This document shows, piece by piece, positions 1-9,780 of a stretch of 64,000 bases of DNA. Within the stretch, counting starts at the first letter, position 1, and every line of letters starts with the position of its first letter. The position numbers and the translations under genes were made by a program. The notes beneath the pieces were generated by a model that did no database searches, was not told the origin of the DNA, and saw only the letters and a program-made list of their open reading frames with translations. Source of the stretch: an uncultured Methanosarcinales archaeon (GTDB taxonomy: Archaea > Nanobdellota > Nanobdellia > Woesearchaeales > JACPIF01); the NCBI GenBank assembly GCA_964602245.1, contig CAZRPY010000001.1, forward strand, positions 88,246-152,245. The letters are read 5' to 3'.

Positions 1-2
1 GA

Positions 3-281
3 GATTCTGGAGCAGGTATTCCTTACAGAAAAACTTTGTTTAGCTATGGCTTTCATGCCTTAGAAGAATCTCAAGAGTTTTTTTATGGTTATAGAGATAT
101 TTGTGCATTTGATTACTATGTTTTTGATAAGATTGGAAGCCAGCAGTCTGTGCCTATTATACAGTTTAACAATATCATTAAGAATATTTATCTCAGGAAT
201 GGGATGAAAGAGGTTTTTAGCAATGAAATTACATCAGTAGTTAAGAATGAAAGGCCAGGAGAAAATTGTCTGGCTGCTTGA
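3..281 (+). CDS. C-terminal part of a gene starting before the window, possibly the soluble tail of a GT-C-like membrane protein
   Basis: Frame open from nt 3 (DSGAGIPYRKTL...FDYYVFDK); ending resembles tails of other membrane proteins in the window. Confidence 0.5.
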   Translation, partial: DSGAGIPYRKTLFSYGFHALEESQEFFYGYRDICAFDYYVFDKIGSQQSVPIIQFNNIIKNIYLRNGMKEVFSNEITSVVKNERPGENCLAA

Positions 282-284
282 AAA

Positions 285-647
285 ATGGATGAAGAAATAA
301 TCAAGAAGATGAAAAATGAAAGCTTATGGTTATTGATTTTAATAGTATTGTCTATATTAGTTTTTAAGGTATTATTTTATAAGGAATCTATTCTAGTAGT
401 TATTAGAACTGTGCTAGCTATTACTTGGTTGTTTGTTTTGCCGGGATTCTTAGCATTGTATTATTGGCATGATAAGCTGGAGTTTACAGAAAGATTAATT
501 GCAGGAGCGGCTTTAAGCACTGCCTTAGTTGCTATACCTAGCTATTATCTTGGATTACTAGGATTGAATATAAAGTATCACGGCATAATATTGCCTTTGG
601 CTATAATTGTTGTGGGAGTTTTAATATTAATGAGGAAGAAAAGTTAG
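285..647 (+). CDS. Small 4-TM membrane protein (DUF1616-like)
   Basis: Hydrophobic helices, LFVLPGF and ERLI motifs; similar to 1756..2241. Confidence 0.6.
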   Translation: MDEEIIKKMKNESLWLLILIVLSILVFKVLFYKESILVVIRTVLAITWLFVLPGFLALYYWHDKLEFTERLIAGAALSTALVAIPSYYLGLLGLNIKYHGIILPLAIIVVGVLILMRKKS

Positions 648-775
648 AAAGATTGGTTAATAGTAATTATACTCAACCACAAAGATTATTAGGGATAGTT
701 GTGGTTTCGTAATAGTCAACAACAAACAATACATAAACCATAATTACTTTGTTGGTTGACTATAATAGAATATAA

Positions 776-880
776 CTAGTATCTTTGTGAGCAGGTTAGG
801 ATATCTGTGCCGTTCTTAATGCAATCATAAAATTGCCGGACATAGCCTGGAATAGTAAGGTTATTAATAACTATGGCATA
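776..880 (-). pseudogene. Startless remnant of the 3' end of the 1756..2241 gene
   Basis: Encodes YAIVINNLTIPGYVRQFYDCIKNGTDILTCSQRY*; 84/105 nt identical to 1756..1860; in-frame stop upstream at 884-886. Confidence 0.85.
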
Positions 881-933
881 GTGCTACCTCTAATTATATT
901 TATAGGATCCTTTATGGCTATATGCAAAAAATA

Positions 934-1716
934 TTATACTTTTCTGGCTATTACAATAATGTCATCTGCCAATGGTACTGCAAACTGTCTTCTGTCTATG
1001 AATAAAAACTTGTCATAGAGCTTGAGCAACATGTTCAATTTTTTTGAAGATTTTTTTGACAGTTTTTTGACTACTTCAATATTTGTATTCTGAAATATTT
1101 TTCTAAGCAGCTTTGATGCATAAATCATCGGGAAACCGAAATAATAACGCTTAATCTCTTGCAAATTACTCTGCTCCAATAAATTATTTATACGCTTTAC
1201 TGTGTACCTGCGATAATGACCGCAGAGTTCGTCTGCTTTACTATACAAATGTGGATGTAAGGGGACATCAATGATAATAATGCCATTTCTCTTAAGCAGT
1301 GACACTAGATGCCTGAGGGCTTTATAATCATCTTTAATGTGCTCAAGCACTTCATAGCAAATAATTATGTCATATTGCTTTCCTGGATTGAATGTTTGCA
1401 GAGGAGTAGTGTAGAACTTAATTTTTCCCCAAAAAGAATTCTTAAATTTCTTTTTTAGAATGTTGATTGCTTTGAAAGATGGATCAACAGCGTCTACTAT
1501 AAATCCTTGCTTTAACAGAACTGTGGTGATATGGCCCGTGCCGCAGCCAATGTCTAGAGCATATTTTCCTGTGCCACTGAACTGAGCAATAATATCTGAT
1601 TGAAATTTTTTTCTTATTCGGAAAGTTGGCTCATAGATATGAGTATGCTCATCCTCAAGACGCTCATGAAATTTGTCATAGTAGTTTTTAATATTGATAT
1701 TCTTTTTATTAAACAT
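934..1716 (-). CDS. Class I SAM-dependent methyltransferase
   Basis: LDIGCGTG, EVLEHI, GHYRRY motifs. Confidence 0.9.
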   Translation of the reverse strand: MFNKKNINIKNYYDKFHERLEDEHTHIYEPTFRIRKKFQSDIIAQFSGTGKYALDIGCGTGHITTVLLKQGFIVDAVDPSFKAINILKKKFKNSFWGKIKFYTTPLQTFNPGKQYDIIICYEVLEHIKDDYKALRHLVSLLKRNGIIIIDVPLHPHLYSKADELCGHYRRYTVKRINNLLEQSNLQEIKRYYFGFPMIYASKLLRKIFQNTNIEVVKKLSKKSSKKLNMLLKLYDKFLFIDRRQFAVPLADDIIVIARKV

Positions 1717-1755
1717 GAGATGGAGTATTCTTAAATGTTATTTAAATCTTTTGAG

Positions 1756-2241
1756 TTAATATTTTTGCCCACAACTTAGAGTATCAGTTCCATTCTTTAC
1801 ACATTCATAAAATTGCTGGACATAAGCTGGAATAGTAAGGTTATTAATAACTATGGCATAAGCTAAAAACCAGAGAATTAGACCAATTGCTACAAGAGTT
1901 AGGATAATGTATAATTGCTTTCTTGTAGCTTGATAGAAATGGAATGCTATTGTTATGCAAATGATTAATGCTAGAGATATCGCCATTCCTATTCTTATGG
2001 AGCCTATAAGCAAAGAGAGCCAATATGTATAAGTAGAAAATATGCCAATGCTAAATATTGCTGAGAAGATAAGTTTCTCTACTGTTTCTAGATCAAAATT
2101 GTGTAGTAGCATGTAAAATGCAAATGATACTAGAGTAAACCAAAGCAGCATTATAACAGATGAGAAGCCAAAGTAGATGAAAAGCAGAACTGCTAGAAAG
2201 ATTGCTATTACTGGTAGTAATATCTTAGTTTCTAGTTTCAA
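1756..2241 (-). CDS. Membrane protein, 5 TM with short C-terminal Cys pair
   Basis: Hydrophobic ORF overlapping the upstream gene end. Confidence 0.7.
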   Translation of the reverse strand: MKLETKILLPVIAIFLAVLLFIYFGFSSVIMLLWFTLVSFAFYMLLHNFDLETVEKLIFSAIFSIGIFSTYTYWLSLLIGSIRIGMAISLALIICITIAFHFYQATRKQLYIILTLVAIGLILWFLAYAIVINNLTIPAYVQQFYECVKNGTDTLSCGQKY

Positions 2242-3805
2242 GTTTATACACCCTTACAAGATCTTTATCATAGACAAGTGTTGCATTCTTTAAGTTATCT
2301 TGCTCCCATCTCTGTAGTGCATCTATTTCTGCCTTAAACCTTGAATCTTGCTGGCTTAATATTACGAAATCTGAGTAATCCAGCAAGACATAATCATGAT
2401 TACTTGTTATATCGTTTCTGACCCAGTCAATATGTCTTAAGCTTAAAGCTTGTATCCATTTCTTTTTAGTATAAACTACTGTCCCTTTTATCAGTATATC
2501 TGAATCTTCTGGAACATTCTTGTTCAGCCATTCCACTACTTGATATTCAAAAGGGGTTAGCCTTAGAATTCCTGTGTAAGCATTATTTAATGTGGAGTAA
2601 GAATTCTTTGCATTAATGGAGACAGCAATTAATAGGAAAACAGCTACAAGGAAATATTTCGCATATTTTTTAAAGTCTTGATTAAAATTGAATAAAGATG
2701 TTATTCCTAACAAGCCTAGAACTGCAACTGGGTAAAGGATATGTGCTTCTGTTTCAATAAACCTTTCTGCCCTAAACAGGCCAAAAACAAAGTCATGGCT
2801 CATAATGTAGAATGCTATTAGCCAACTAATTAGCAATAAATCTTCAGTTTTCCTTCTAAGTATAAGGAAAAGAATTCCTATTAGAAATAAAGGCAGAAGC
2901 CATGGAAACTTAAAATTTCCTAGGCTAATGAAGCCATGCATTTCATTAAAAGAGTAATAAGAATAAGGAACGCCAACTGGTTTAAGAACACCATACCAAT
3001 GAGGGAGGCTGTTTAAATGCTCAGGGTGGAAGCCAAAACCTGAACTGACAGCTCCAGTATAAATAGTACCTGTGCCAAAAGGAAATACATAAAATGGTAA
3101 AATTAACAGGAATGCAAGTGCTATGAAAATACTTATATCTTTGAGCTTAAGTGGAAGCTTCTTTTTCTTTAGATAAAATAAGACTGTAAAGATTGCTGTG
3201 ATTAAGAATGCTAGAATAATTGATTGAGGATGGATATAGAACTGGGTGGCAAGAAATATTGCTGCTAAATAAAGATAATGGGTTTTTTCATTATCAGTTA
3301 GGTATCTATAGAAGCAGTAAACAGTTAAAGGAACTATTGCAAATGATAATACTTGAGGATATTGGCCCCAGATATACCAAAGAATGTCTCTTATTGAGAA
3401 AATTAACAGGAAACTTGAGAGAAAGGCTGCTAGAGTGCCATATAAGTGCCTTATTAGCAGGAAGCTGGTAAAAACAATGACAAAATTGGAGAGTGCATGG
3501 AATAATAATATTCCTATAGTTCTGTTGGCTGAGAGAATTTGGTAGATGGCTGAGGTTAAATGAAACTGTGGAGGATACCATAGCTTGCCAGCTCCTTCAT
3601 CAACATAGCCGCCTGCAGCAATATAATAAGGCAGATAATAAGTAGCCTTATCTTTCTGGCCCATGTAATCTGCCAGAGTGAAATGTGTGCTGGAATCTAC
3701 ATCACCATATGGAACTAAATTGGTTTTGAAAGGCAGAGTCCAGAAGTAAAATGAAATAAGAAATAATACTACTAGAAGCAATAATTCAATGTTTTTCTTT
3801 TCCAT
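2225..3805 (-). CDS. GT-C-fold-like multi-pass membrane glycosyltransferase
   Basis: N-terminal TM, acidic loop (GDVDSSTH, WYPPQFH), about 11 TMs, soluble tail with WLNKNVPEDSDIL. Confidence 0.65.
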   Translation of the reverse strand: MEKKNIELLLLVVLFLISFYFWTLPFKTNLVPYGDVDSSTHFTLADYMGQKDKATYYLPYYIAAGGYVDEGAGKLWYPPQFHLTSAIYQILSANRTIGILLFHALSNFVIVFTSFLLIRHLYGTLAAFLSSFLLIFSIRDILWYIWGQYPQVLSFAIVPLTVYCFYRYLTDNEKTHYLYLAAIFLATQFYIHPQSIILAFLITAIFTVLFYLKKKKLPLKLKDISIFIALAFLLILPFYVFPFGTGTIYTGAVSSGFGFHPEHLNSLPHWYGVLKPVGVPYSYYSFNEMHGFISLGNFKFPWLLPLFLIGILFLILRRKTEDLLLISWLIAFYIMSHDFVFGLFRAERFIETEAHILYPVAVLGLLGITSLFNFNQDFKKYAKYFLVAVFLLIAVSINAKNSYSTLNNAYTGILRLTPFEYQVVEWLNKNVPEDSDILIKGTVVYTKKKWIQALSLRHIDWVRNDITSNHDYVLLDYSDFVILSQQDSRFKAEIDALQRWEQDNLKNATLVYDKDLVRVYKLETRN

Positions 3806-4563
3806 TACTCACCTAAATGTATGTATTCACCATGAGTGAAAAAGCCTGCTAATTGTTTGATTCTTGCTATTTTTGGGAATAAATCCCTTTCTAAAGAGAT
3901 AATATTATTATCTATAAATTCAAAGATTTCTGGCTTAAGGATATAGATGCCTGCATTAACCACATGTGTTTCTTTTTTCTCACTTTTTTCTCTAAAGTCT
4001 ATAACCAAATCTCCATCTAGGATGGCTGAGCCGTATTCCGAGGGCTTTTCCCTAGTCATTAGGCCCATTGTCATTATTTTATTGTTTTCATTATGCTTCT
4101 TTATCATCTGTTTAATGTTGAAGTTATTATAAATATCTCCTGACATTGCAATAAAGGCTTTGCCTTTAAGTTTATCTGCAAGTGCTTTTAAAGCCTGTGC
4201 ATTGCCCTTTGCCTCTTTTTCTATAACTCTAAAGTTAACTTTTTCCTTGCCTGCTTCCTGTTCAATCTTTTCAACTAAATTACTGTGCTGTGTTACAAGG
4301 AAGATATTGGTTATGTTATTTGCTGCAAAGAAAGATAATTGATGCCTGATTAATGATTGGCCTTTAAATTCTTTTAATGCTATACTATGGTGTCTTCTGC
4401 TAAGCAATAGAACTGCAGTGTCAACTGCAAACTCACCAATGCCTTTAGATAAGAAATATTCAATAGCCTGAGATCTAGATCTTATTGTGCTGTTATCTAT
4501 TCTTGAATCTACTAAGTCTAATAGCTCTTTATCAATTGAAATTGCTATCTTTAGCTTTTTCAT
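3805..4563 (-). CDS. Ribbon-helix-helix (CopG-like) domain fused to a degenerate sugar-phosphate nucleotidyltransferase domain
   Basis: KIAISIDKELL...RSRSQAIE; SGDIY, FREK, VNAGIY, SLERDLFP present but no GxGTR/PK signature. Confidence 0.8.
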   Translation of the reverse strand: MKKLKIAISIDKELLDLVDSRIDNSTIRSRSQAIEYFLSKGIGEFAVDTAVLLLSRRHHSIALKEFKGQSLIRHQLSFFAANNITNIFLVTQHSNLVEKIEQEAGKEKVNFRVIEKEAKGNAQALKALADKLKGKAFIAMSGDIYNNFNIKQMIKKHNENNKIMTMGLMTREKPSEYGSAILDGDLVIDFREKSEKKETHVVNAGIYILKPEIFEFIDNNIISLERDLFPKIARIKQLAGFFTHGEYIHLGE

Positions 4564-4574
4564 ACCTTTGCATA

Positions 4575-4609
4575 CCCCTATTAGTAGGGGATAGAAGAGG
4601 GTATATAAA
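4575..4609 (-). promoter_or_regulatory. TATA box (TTTATATA) plus CCCCTA-N4-TAGGGG palindrome upstream of the RHH fusion gene
   Basis: TATA 4609-4602 on minus strand; perfect 6-4-6 inverted repeat at 4575-4590. Confidence 0.5.
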
Positions 4610-4715
4610 GGTTATTCTAAATAAATTCAATAGATTGTACAGAGGATAAAGTTACCTTGATTAATCTATCACTTGAATCATAGTAGTAGTTCTTCTTAAA
4701 GAATCGTACCTAAAT

Positions 4716-4730
4716 CGAAAGATTTATATA
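4716..4730 (+). promoter_or_regulatory. BRE-TATA promoter of the toxin-antitoxin pair
   Basis: CGAAAGATTTATATA about 23 nt before ATG 4753. Confidence 0.6.
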
Positions 4731-4752
4731 TCAATTGATATATTATACTATT

Positions 4753-5031
4753 ATGCAAAAGCTAATAAGAAAGAATCCATTTGTAAGATCGCCAACTTTA
4801 GAAACAGTGATTATGGTAGAGAAAGCTATTGATAAATATAGTGGTGAATTTAATAGAACTGAGTTATGGAAAAAACTTCCTAGAAAAGTAATGTGGCAGA
4901 CTTACCTTGTTATTCTTGATTATCTGCAGGATATAAATAAAATCGCAATTGATAGAGAGGGAAAGGTAGGCTATATATGGAATCCAGCACTTGCAAGGAA
5001 GCTTGCCAAAAGAAAGGAGATTAAGGTATGA
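4753..5031 (+). CDS. Small winged-helix-like protein, putative antitoxin
   Basis: PTLETVIMVE...LWKKLPRKVMWQTYLVILDYL; ATGA overlap with the downstream RelE-like gene. Confidence 0.55.
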   Translation: MQKLIRKNPFVRSPTLETVIMVEKAIDKYSGEFNRTELWKKLPRKVMWQTYLVILDYLQDINKIAIDREGKVGYIWNPALARKLAKRKEIKV

Positions 5032-5354
5032 TTAAGCCTTCTAAAGTGATATTTATCTCTCAGAAATTGGAGAATAGTTTTAATGCTCTACCAAGTAATG
5101 ACTTTCTTAAGAAGTCCATGATCCGGGCAATTAAGGACCTAAAACAAAATGCTTTTGCAGGCGTACATGTTCCAAAAAGGTTAATCCCAAAAGAATACAT
5201 ACAGAAATATGGCATTAATAACCTTTGGAAGTATGATTTGCCTAAAGGATGGCGTCTTTTATATACAGTAACCAGTGAAAATGAAGTTGAACTAATTTCT
5301 GCAATACTTGATTGGTTTGACCATAAGGAATATGAACGGAAATTTAAATATTAA
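5028..5354 (+). CDS. RelE/ParE-superfamily toxin
   Basis: 108 aa, basic; NLWKYDLPKGWRLLYTV, DHKEYE. Confidence 0.75.
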   Translation: MIKPSKVIFISQKLENSFNALPSNDFLKKSMIRAIKDLKQNAFAGVHVPKRLIPKEYIQKYGINNLWKYDLPKGWRLLYTVTSENEVELISAILDWFDHKEYERKFKY

Positions 5355-5566
5355 AAATATGGTATGTCGTGCTGCTAGGCGACAGTGACCTATTAAAAAA
5401 GTGTTCTGGTTATTAGTCATTGGGCTTGTTATGCCAGCAGCTTGCTACATCTGATGTTATCTCCAAAAGATGCCATTTAATCTTATTATAATTTCTATCT
5501 TAATTAAATTTTTCCTAATACTTCCGATACATAACTTTTAAATAATATATGGCAATCTTTCTGGGT

Positions 5567-6793
5567 ATGGATATTGATACTATGAGGAAGATAGATTATT
5601 GGGTAGGGATACCTGTATGCTTCTTTCTATCAATTATACATAATATTGGCAAGCTATTTAGAGGTAAAACTCGGGTAAAGAGTCCTAGGAAGTTCTTGTT
5701 TATGGAGATATCTGAGATGGGTAGCACTATTATTGCTTATTCTGCAATGTATTATATCAAAAAGAAGTATCTTGGAGCACAGCTTTACTTTCTTCTATTT
5801 AAAAGGAATAAAGAAAGCATAGATATCCTGAAAATAGTGCCTCAGGAGAATGTTATAACAATAAGAGATAGTTCTTTTCCAGCGTTAACTATTGATACGT
5901 TAGCAGCTATCTGGAAGCTTAGGAGAGAGAGGATTGATGTTTCATTCGACTTAGAGCTTTTTTCCAGATATTCTGCAATAATAAATTATTTAATAGGAGC
6001 TAAAGCTAGAGTTGGATTTCATAACTTTACAGCAGAAGGGCTTTACCGAGGAAATTTACAAACGCATGATGTAATGTACAATGCTTATTATCACATGAGC
6101 CAGAATTTTATGGCATTAGCTAAGGCATTAGAAGGGCCTGATGAAATACCTTTTCTAAAACAAGCAATAGATAAGAAAGAGGTTAAAGTGCCCAAGATAA
6201 TTAGCGAGAAAAGGGATAGAGAAGCTATAATCAAAAAAATACAGACATTAAATCCTGCAATCAATGAGAAAAAGAGAATAATATTGTTAAATCCCGGGGC
6301 TAGCAAATTGTTGCCATTAAGAGAATGGCCTCTGCAATACTATAAAGAATTGACAAAAAATCTGCTTGAGGATAAGAATAATTTTGTTGTTATAACTGGG
6401 CTTATAGGTGATAAGGCTTATGCACAGGAGATTTGTAAGTTTGCTGGAGATAAATGCCTTGATTTTACAGGAATGACTAAGACATTAAGAGAGTTAATTG
6501 ATTTGTATAATACTGCTGATGTATTAGTAACAAATGATTCAGGGCCTGCACATTTCTCTGCATTATCTGATATTAGAACAATTGTGTTTTATGGTCCTGA
6601 GACTCCTGTGCTATATGCACCTTTAGGAAGTAATTATACTGCTTTGTACTCAGGATTTGCCTGCTCGCCTTGTGTTTCTGCATATAATCATAGAAAAAGT
6701 CCATGCACTAACAACTTATGTTTGCAAGTGATAAAGCCTGAGGTTGTTCTTAAACTTATAAAGGATCATTTTAATGCAAGAGGAGATAAGTAA
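5567..6793 (+). CDS. Glycosyltransferase family 9 (heptosyltransferase-like)
   Basis: LNPGAS..REWP, TNDSGPAH, FYGPET, C-terminal CSPC..C..C; start placed by TATA spacing. Confidence 0.9.
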   Translation: MDIDTMRKIDYWVGIPVCFFLSIIHNIGKLFRGKTRVKSPRKFLFMEISEMGSTIIAYSAMYYIKKKYLGAQLYFLLFKRNKESIDILKIVPQENVITIRDSSFPALTIDTLAAIWKLRRERIDVSFDLELFSRYSAIINYLIGAKARVGFHNFTAEGLYRGNLQTHDVMYNAYYHMSQNFMALAKALEGPDEIPFLKQAIDKKEVKVPKIISEKRDREAIIKKIQTLNPAINEKKRIILLNPGASKLLPLREWPLQYYKELTKNLLEDKNNFVVITGLIGDKAYAQEICKFAGDKCLDFTGMTKTLRELIDLYNTADVLVTNDSGPAHFSALSDIRTIVFYGPETPVLYAPLGSNYTALYSGFACSPCVSAYNHRKSPCTNNLCLQVIKPEVVLKLIKDHFNARGDK

Positions 6794-6794
6794 G

Positions 6795-7892
6795 ATGCTG
6801 GTAAAGATTCTAGGCAGGATAATTAAGCCTAAAAATAAAAAGATTCCTGGAACAGTAAGGAACATACTTATTATTAGATCTGGTGCTTTAGGAGATGTGT
6901 TAATGACAACTCCGTTAATAGCTGCTATAAGAAAGAAGTACAAAAATGCTAAGATAAGTTATCTTGTAGGAGAGTGGTCTTCTATTGCTTTAAAAAATAA
7001 TCCTAATATTAATGAGATAATTGAATTTGATGATAGAATAATATTTCAAAGAAATATGGGAGAGATAATTAAACTAATTAGAAAAATTAGGGCTTTAATA
7101 TTTGATATTTGTTTTATATTAGATAAATCATATCATTGGAATCTTTTTGCATATCTTGCAAAAATACCATTTAGAATTGGGTTTGAGAGGAATGGAGAGG
7201 GGTTAGCTAATAACTTGGATGTTAAGTTTGATGCTAGTAAGCATGAGATTGAATATTATATGGATATTGCAAGGCTAATTGGAGTAAAAAATGCTAGCAA
7301 CGAGATGAAAATATTTACAACAGCGAAAGATAGGAAAAAGGTAAATAAATTCTTTAGGAAAAATAAGTTAATAAATAAGATTGTAATAGGTATTGCTGCT
7401 GGAGGGGCTGAAAATCCTGGACAGGCTATGTATGAAAAGAGATGGACGGTTGAAAAGTATATTGGGTTAACAAATATCTTGACTGAGAATCATAAAATAA
7501 TTGTGTTGCTGTTTGGGGGCAGGAATGATGCTAGTGTTAATAAGCTGATTAAGGAACAATGCTTGCATAAAAATCAAGTGTTAGATATTTCTAACTATAA
7601 CTTACATGAAGCTTTTGAAATGATGAAAAAATGCAGTTTATTTGTAACGCATGATTCTGGAGCAATGCATATTGCAGGAGCTTCCAAGGCTAAGCTAATT
7701 GCTTTATTTGGGCCAACTCAGGCAGAAAGGTTTGCTCCCAAGAATGCTATTATTATTAAGAGTCCTGCTGAAGGATGCCCTTGCTATGATATGTATGGCG
7801 ATTATAATAGGAAAGTTGCTGAGAAGTGTATGAGGGCTATCAGCGTTGATACTGTTTACCAGGAGATTAAGAAAATTATTAAGAATATTTAG
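6795..7892 (+). CDS. Glycosyltransferase family 9
   Basis: RSGALGDVLMTTP, KRW, THDSGAMHIA, LFGPT. Confidence 0.9.
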   Translation: MLVKILGRIIKPKNKKIPGTVRNILIIRSGALGDVLMTTPLIAAIRKKYKNAKISYLVGEWSSIALKNNPNINEIIEFDDRIIFQRNMGEIIKLIRKIRALIFDICFILDKSYHWNLFAYLAKIPFRIGFERNGEGLANNLDVKFDASKHEIEYYMDIARLIGVKNASNEMKIFTTAKDRKKVNKFFRKNKLINKIVIGIAAGGAENPGQAMYEKRWTVEKYIGLTNILTENHKIIVLLFGGRNDASVNKLIKEQCLHKNQVLDISNYNLHEAFEMMKKCSLFVTHDSGAMHIAGASKAKLIALFGPTQAERFAPKNAIIIKSPAEGCPCYDMYGDYNRKVAEKCMRAISVDTVYQEIKKIIKNI

Positions 7893-7902
7893 AGGGATTA
7901 AA

Positions 7903-9000
7903 TTGTATCAAGTTAACTGGAAGTATAAACCAATTTTGTTTATTATTGATATTATTGGATATGTAATTTTCTTCCCATATAGGATATTTAAAAGTAAAAT
8001 AAATGAAAATGAGATTAAGAAAATTCTAGTTATAAGGATTGATGAGATTGGGGATGTTTTATTGACAACACCTGTGTTCAGGGCTTTAAGGAGGAGGTTT
8101 CCTAAAGCTGAGATAAATGTGCTAATTAAGAAGGAGACTAAAGAACTATTGGAAAATAATCCAAATGTCGATAGCTTACTTATATGTGAACAGCCATGGC
8201 TTAAAAAGCCTATAAACTTGTTTTACTATTTCTCATTAATTAAGCAGTTAAGGAAAGAGAAATTTGATTTGGCAATAGAGCTGCATCCAGATGCTAGGAA
8301 TATTTTTCTAGGGTTTATTTCTGCAAGATGTGTTATAGGGCATACGTTTAGAGGCTTAGGTGTTTTGTTAGATAAAGTTACAAAGAGTAATCCTAATAAT
8401 GAACATATCATACAGCTTAATCTTGATGTTGCAAGATTAGTTAGAGCTAATGCTAGTGATGAATTAGAGGTGTATTATAGCAAAGAGAATGCGCAAAATG
8501 CTAAGAAGTTAGTTAGAAAATTAGGGAAGAAAATTGTTTGCATTAACCCTGGAACAGGAAGAGAGAGTAAGTTATGGCTGAATGAAAGATGGGCAAGATT
8601 AGCTGATGTCTTAATTGAGAAATATAATGTTCAGGTAATATTTACAGGAAGTAAGGAAGAGGAAGGTTTAATAAAAGACATCCAATTGCAAATGAGAAAT
8701 AAAAAGCAGACAATTAATTTAGCTGGAAAAACTAGTTTGTTGGATTTAGCTGCTTTGCTTAAGAAATGTAGATTGTTGATAGCAAGTGATTCAGGAACTT
8801 TACATATTGCAAAAGCTTTAGAAGTTCCATTAATAGGATTATATGGGGCTGTTAATCCTATGATATGGGGATATAATGATAAAAATGCCAGAAGTGTTTG
8901 CAAGGCTAAAGAGTTTAAAGAAAATAAAGGCAGGGCTATGATGGAGCTAATACAAATAGAGGATGTTTTGAAAGAGGTAAATGAATTATGGGAAAGGTAA
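7903..9000 (+). CDS. Glycosyltransferase family 9
   Basis: RIDEIGDVLLTTP, NPGTG..KLW, SDSGTLHIA; probable TTG start. Confidence 0.9.
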   Translation: MYQVNWKYKPILFIIDIIGYVIFFPYRIFKSKINENEIKKILVIRIDEIGDVLLTTPVFRALRRRFPKAEINVLIKKETKELLENNPNVDSLLICEQPWLKKPINLFYYFSLIKQLRKEKFDLAIELHPDARNIFLGFISARCVIGHTFRGLGVLLDKVTKSNPNNEHIIQLNLDVARLVRANASDELEVYYSKENAQNAKKLVRKLGKKIVCINPGTGRESKLWLNERWARLADVLIEKYNVQVIFTGSKEEEGLIKDIQLQMRNKKQTINLAGKTSLLDLAALLKKCRLLIASDSGTLHIAKALEVPLIGLYGAVNPMIWGYNDKNARSVCKAKEFKENKGRAMMELIQIEDVLKEVNELWER

Positions 9001-9692
9001 AACTTAGCATTATAATGCCTGTATATAATGAAAGGCATACACTAAAACAAATAATAAAAGAAGTTATGCAACTTAATATTAAGGATGTAGAAAAAGAGGT
9101 AATAATAATTGATGATGGCTCAACTGACGGGTCAAGAGAAATATTAAAGAGCTTAGAGAGATTTGGCAAAGGAGATTGTAAAATATTCTACCATAGAAAG
9201 AATCTTGGCAAAGGAACTGCAGTTAATACTGGAATACAGAGATCTTCAGGCGATATAATAATAATACAGGATGCTGACTTAGAATATGATCCAAAAGAAA
9301 TACCTAAACTGCTTCAGCCAATAATAAATAATGAAGTAGAAGTAGTTTATGGCTCTAGATTCTTAAGACATCATAAGCCTCAATACCCTGTCTATTACTT
9401 TGGTAATATAGTCCTAAGCTGGGTAACAACTTTAATCTTTTTTACAAAAATCACAGATATGGAGACTTGCTATAAAGTTTTTAAAAGGGAGGTTATTAAA
9501 GATATTAAATTAAAGGCTAGAGGATTTGATTTAGAACCTGAGATAACAGCAAAAATTCTTAAGAACGGATATAAGATAAAAGAGTTATCTATTTCTTTTA
9601 GACCAAGGAAATTTGAAGAGGGTAAGAAGATAACATGGAAAGATGGACTTATGGCAATATTCTATCTACTAAAATATAGATTCTTTGATTAA
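8988..9692 (+). CDS. GT2, dolichol-phosphate glycosyltransferase-like
   Basis: PVYNE, DDGSTDG, QDADLEY, GSRF, DMETCYK. Confidence 0.9.
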   Translation: MGKVKLSIIMPVYNERHTLKQIIKEVMQLNIKDVEKEVIIIDDGSTDGSREILKSLERFGKGDCKIFYHRKNLGKGTAVNTGIQRSSGDIIIIQDADLEYDPKEIPKLLQPIINNEVEVVYGSRFLRHHKPQYPVYYFGNIVLSWVTTLIFFTKITDMETCYKVFKREVIKDIKLKARGFDLEPEITAKILKNGYKIKELSISFRPRKFEEGKKITWKDGLMAIFYLLKYRFFD

Positions 9693-9780
9693 ATTATTTA
9701 AAAGATATAATTTATTTACCTATAATTTACTTATAGAATACAATATCTTTATATACTAAATATTAGTTTCTCGAATAAAG

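Noticed and set aside
776..1860. Diversity-generating retroelement TR/VR pair
   Set aside because: Mismatches are not adenine-specific, many are synonymous, and there is no reverse transcriptase in the window
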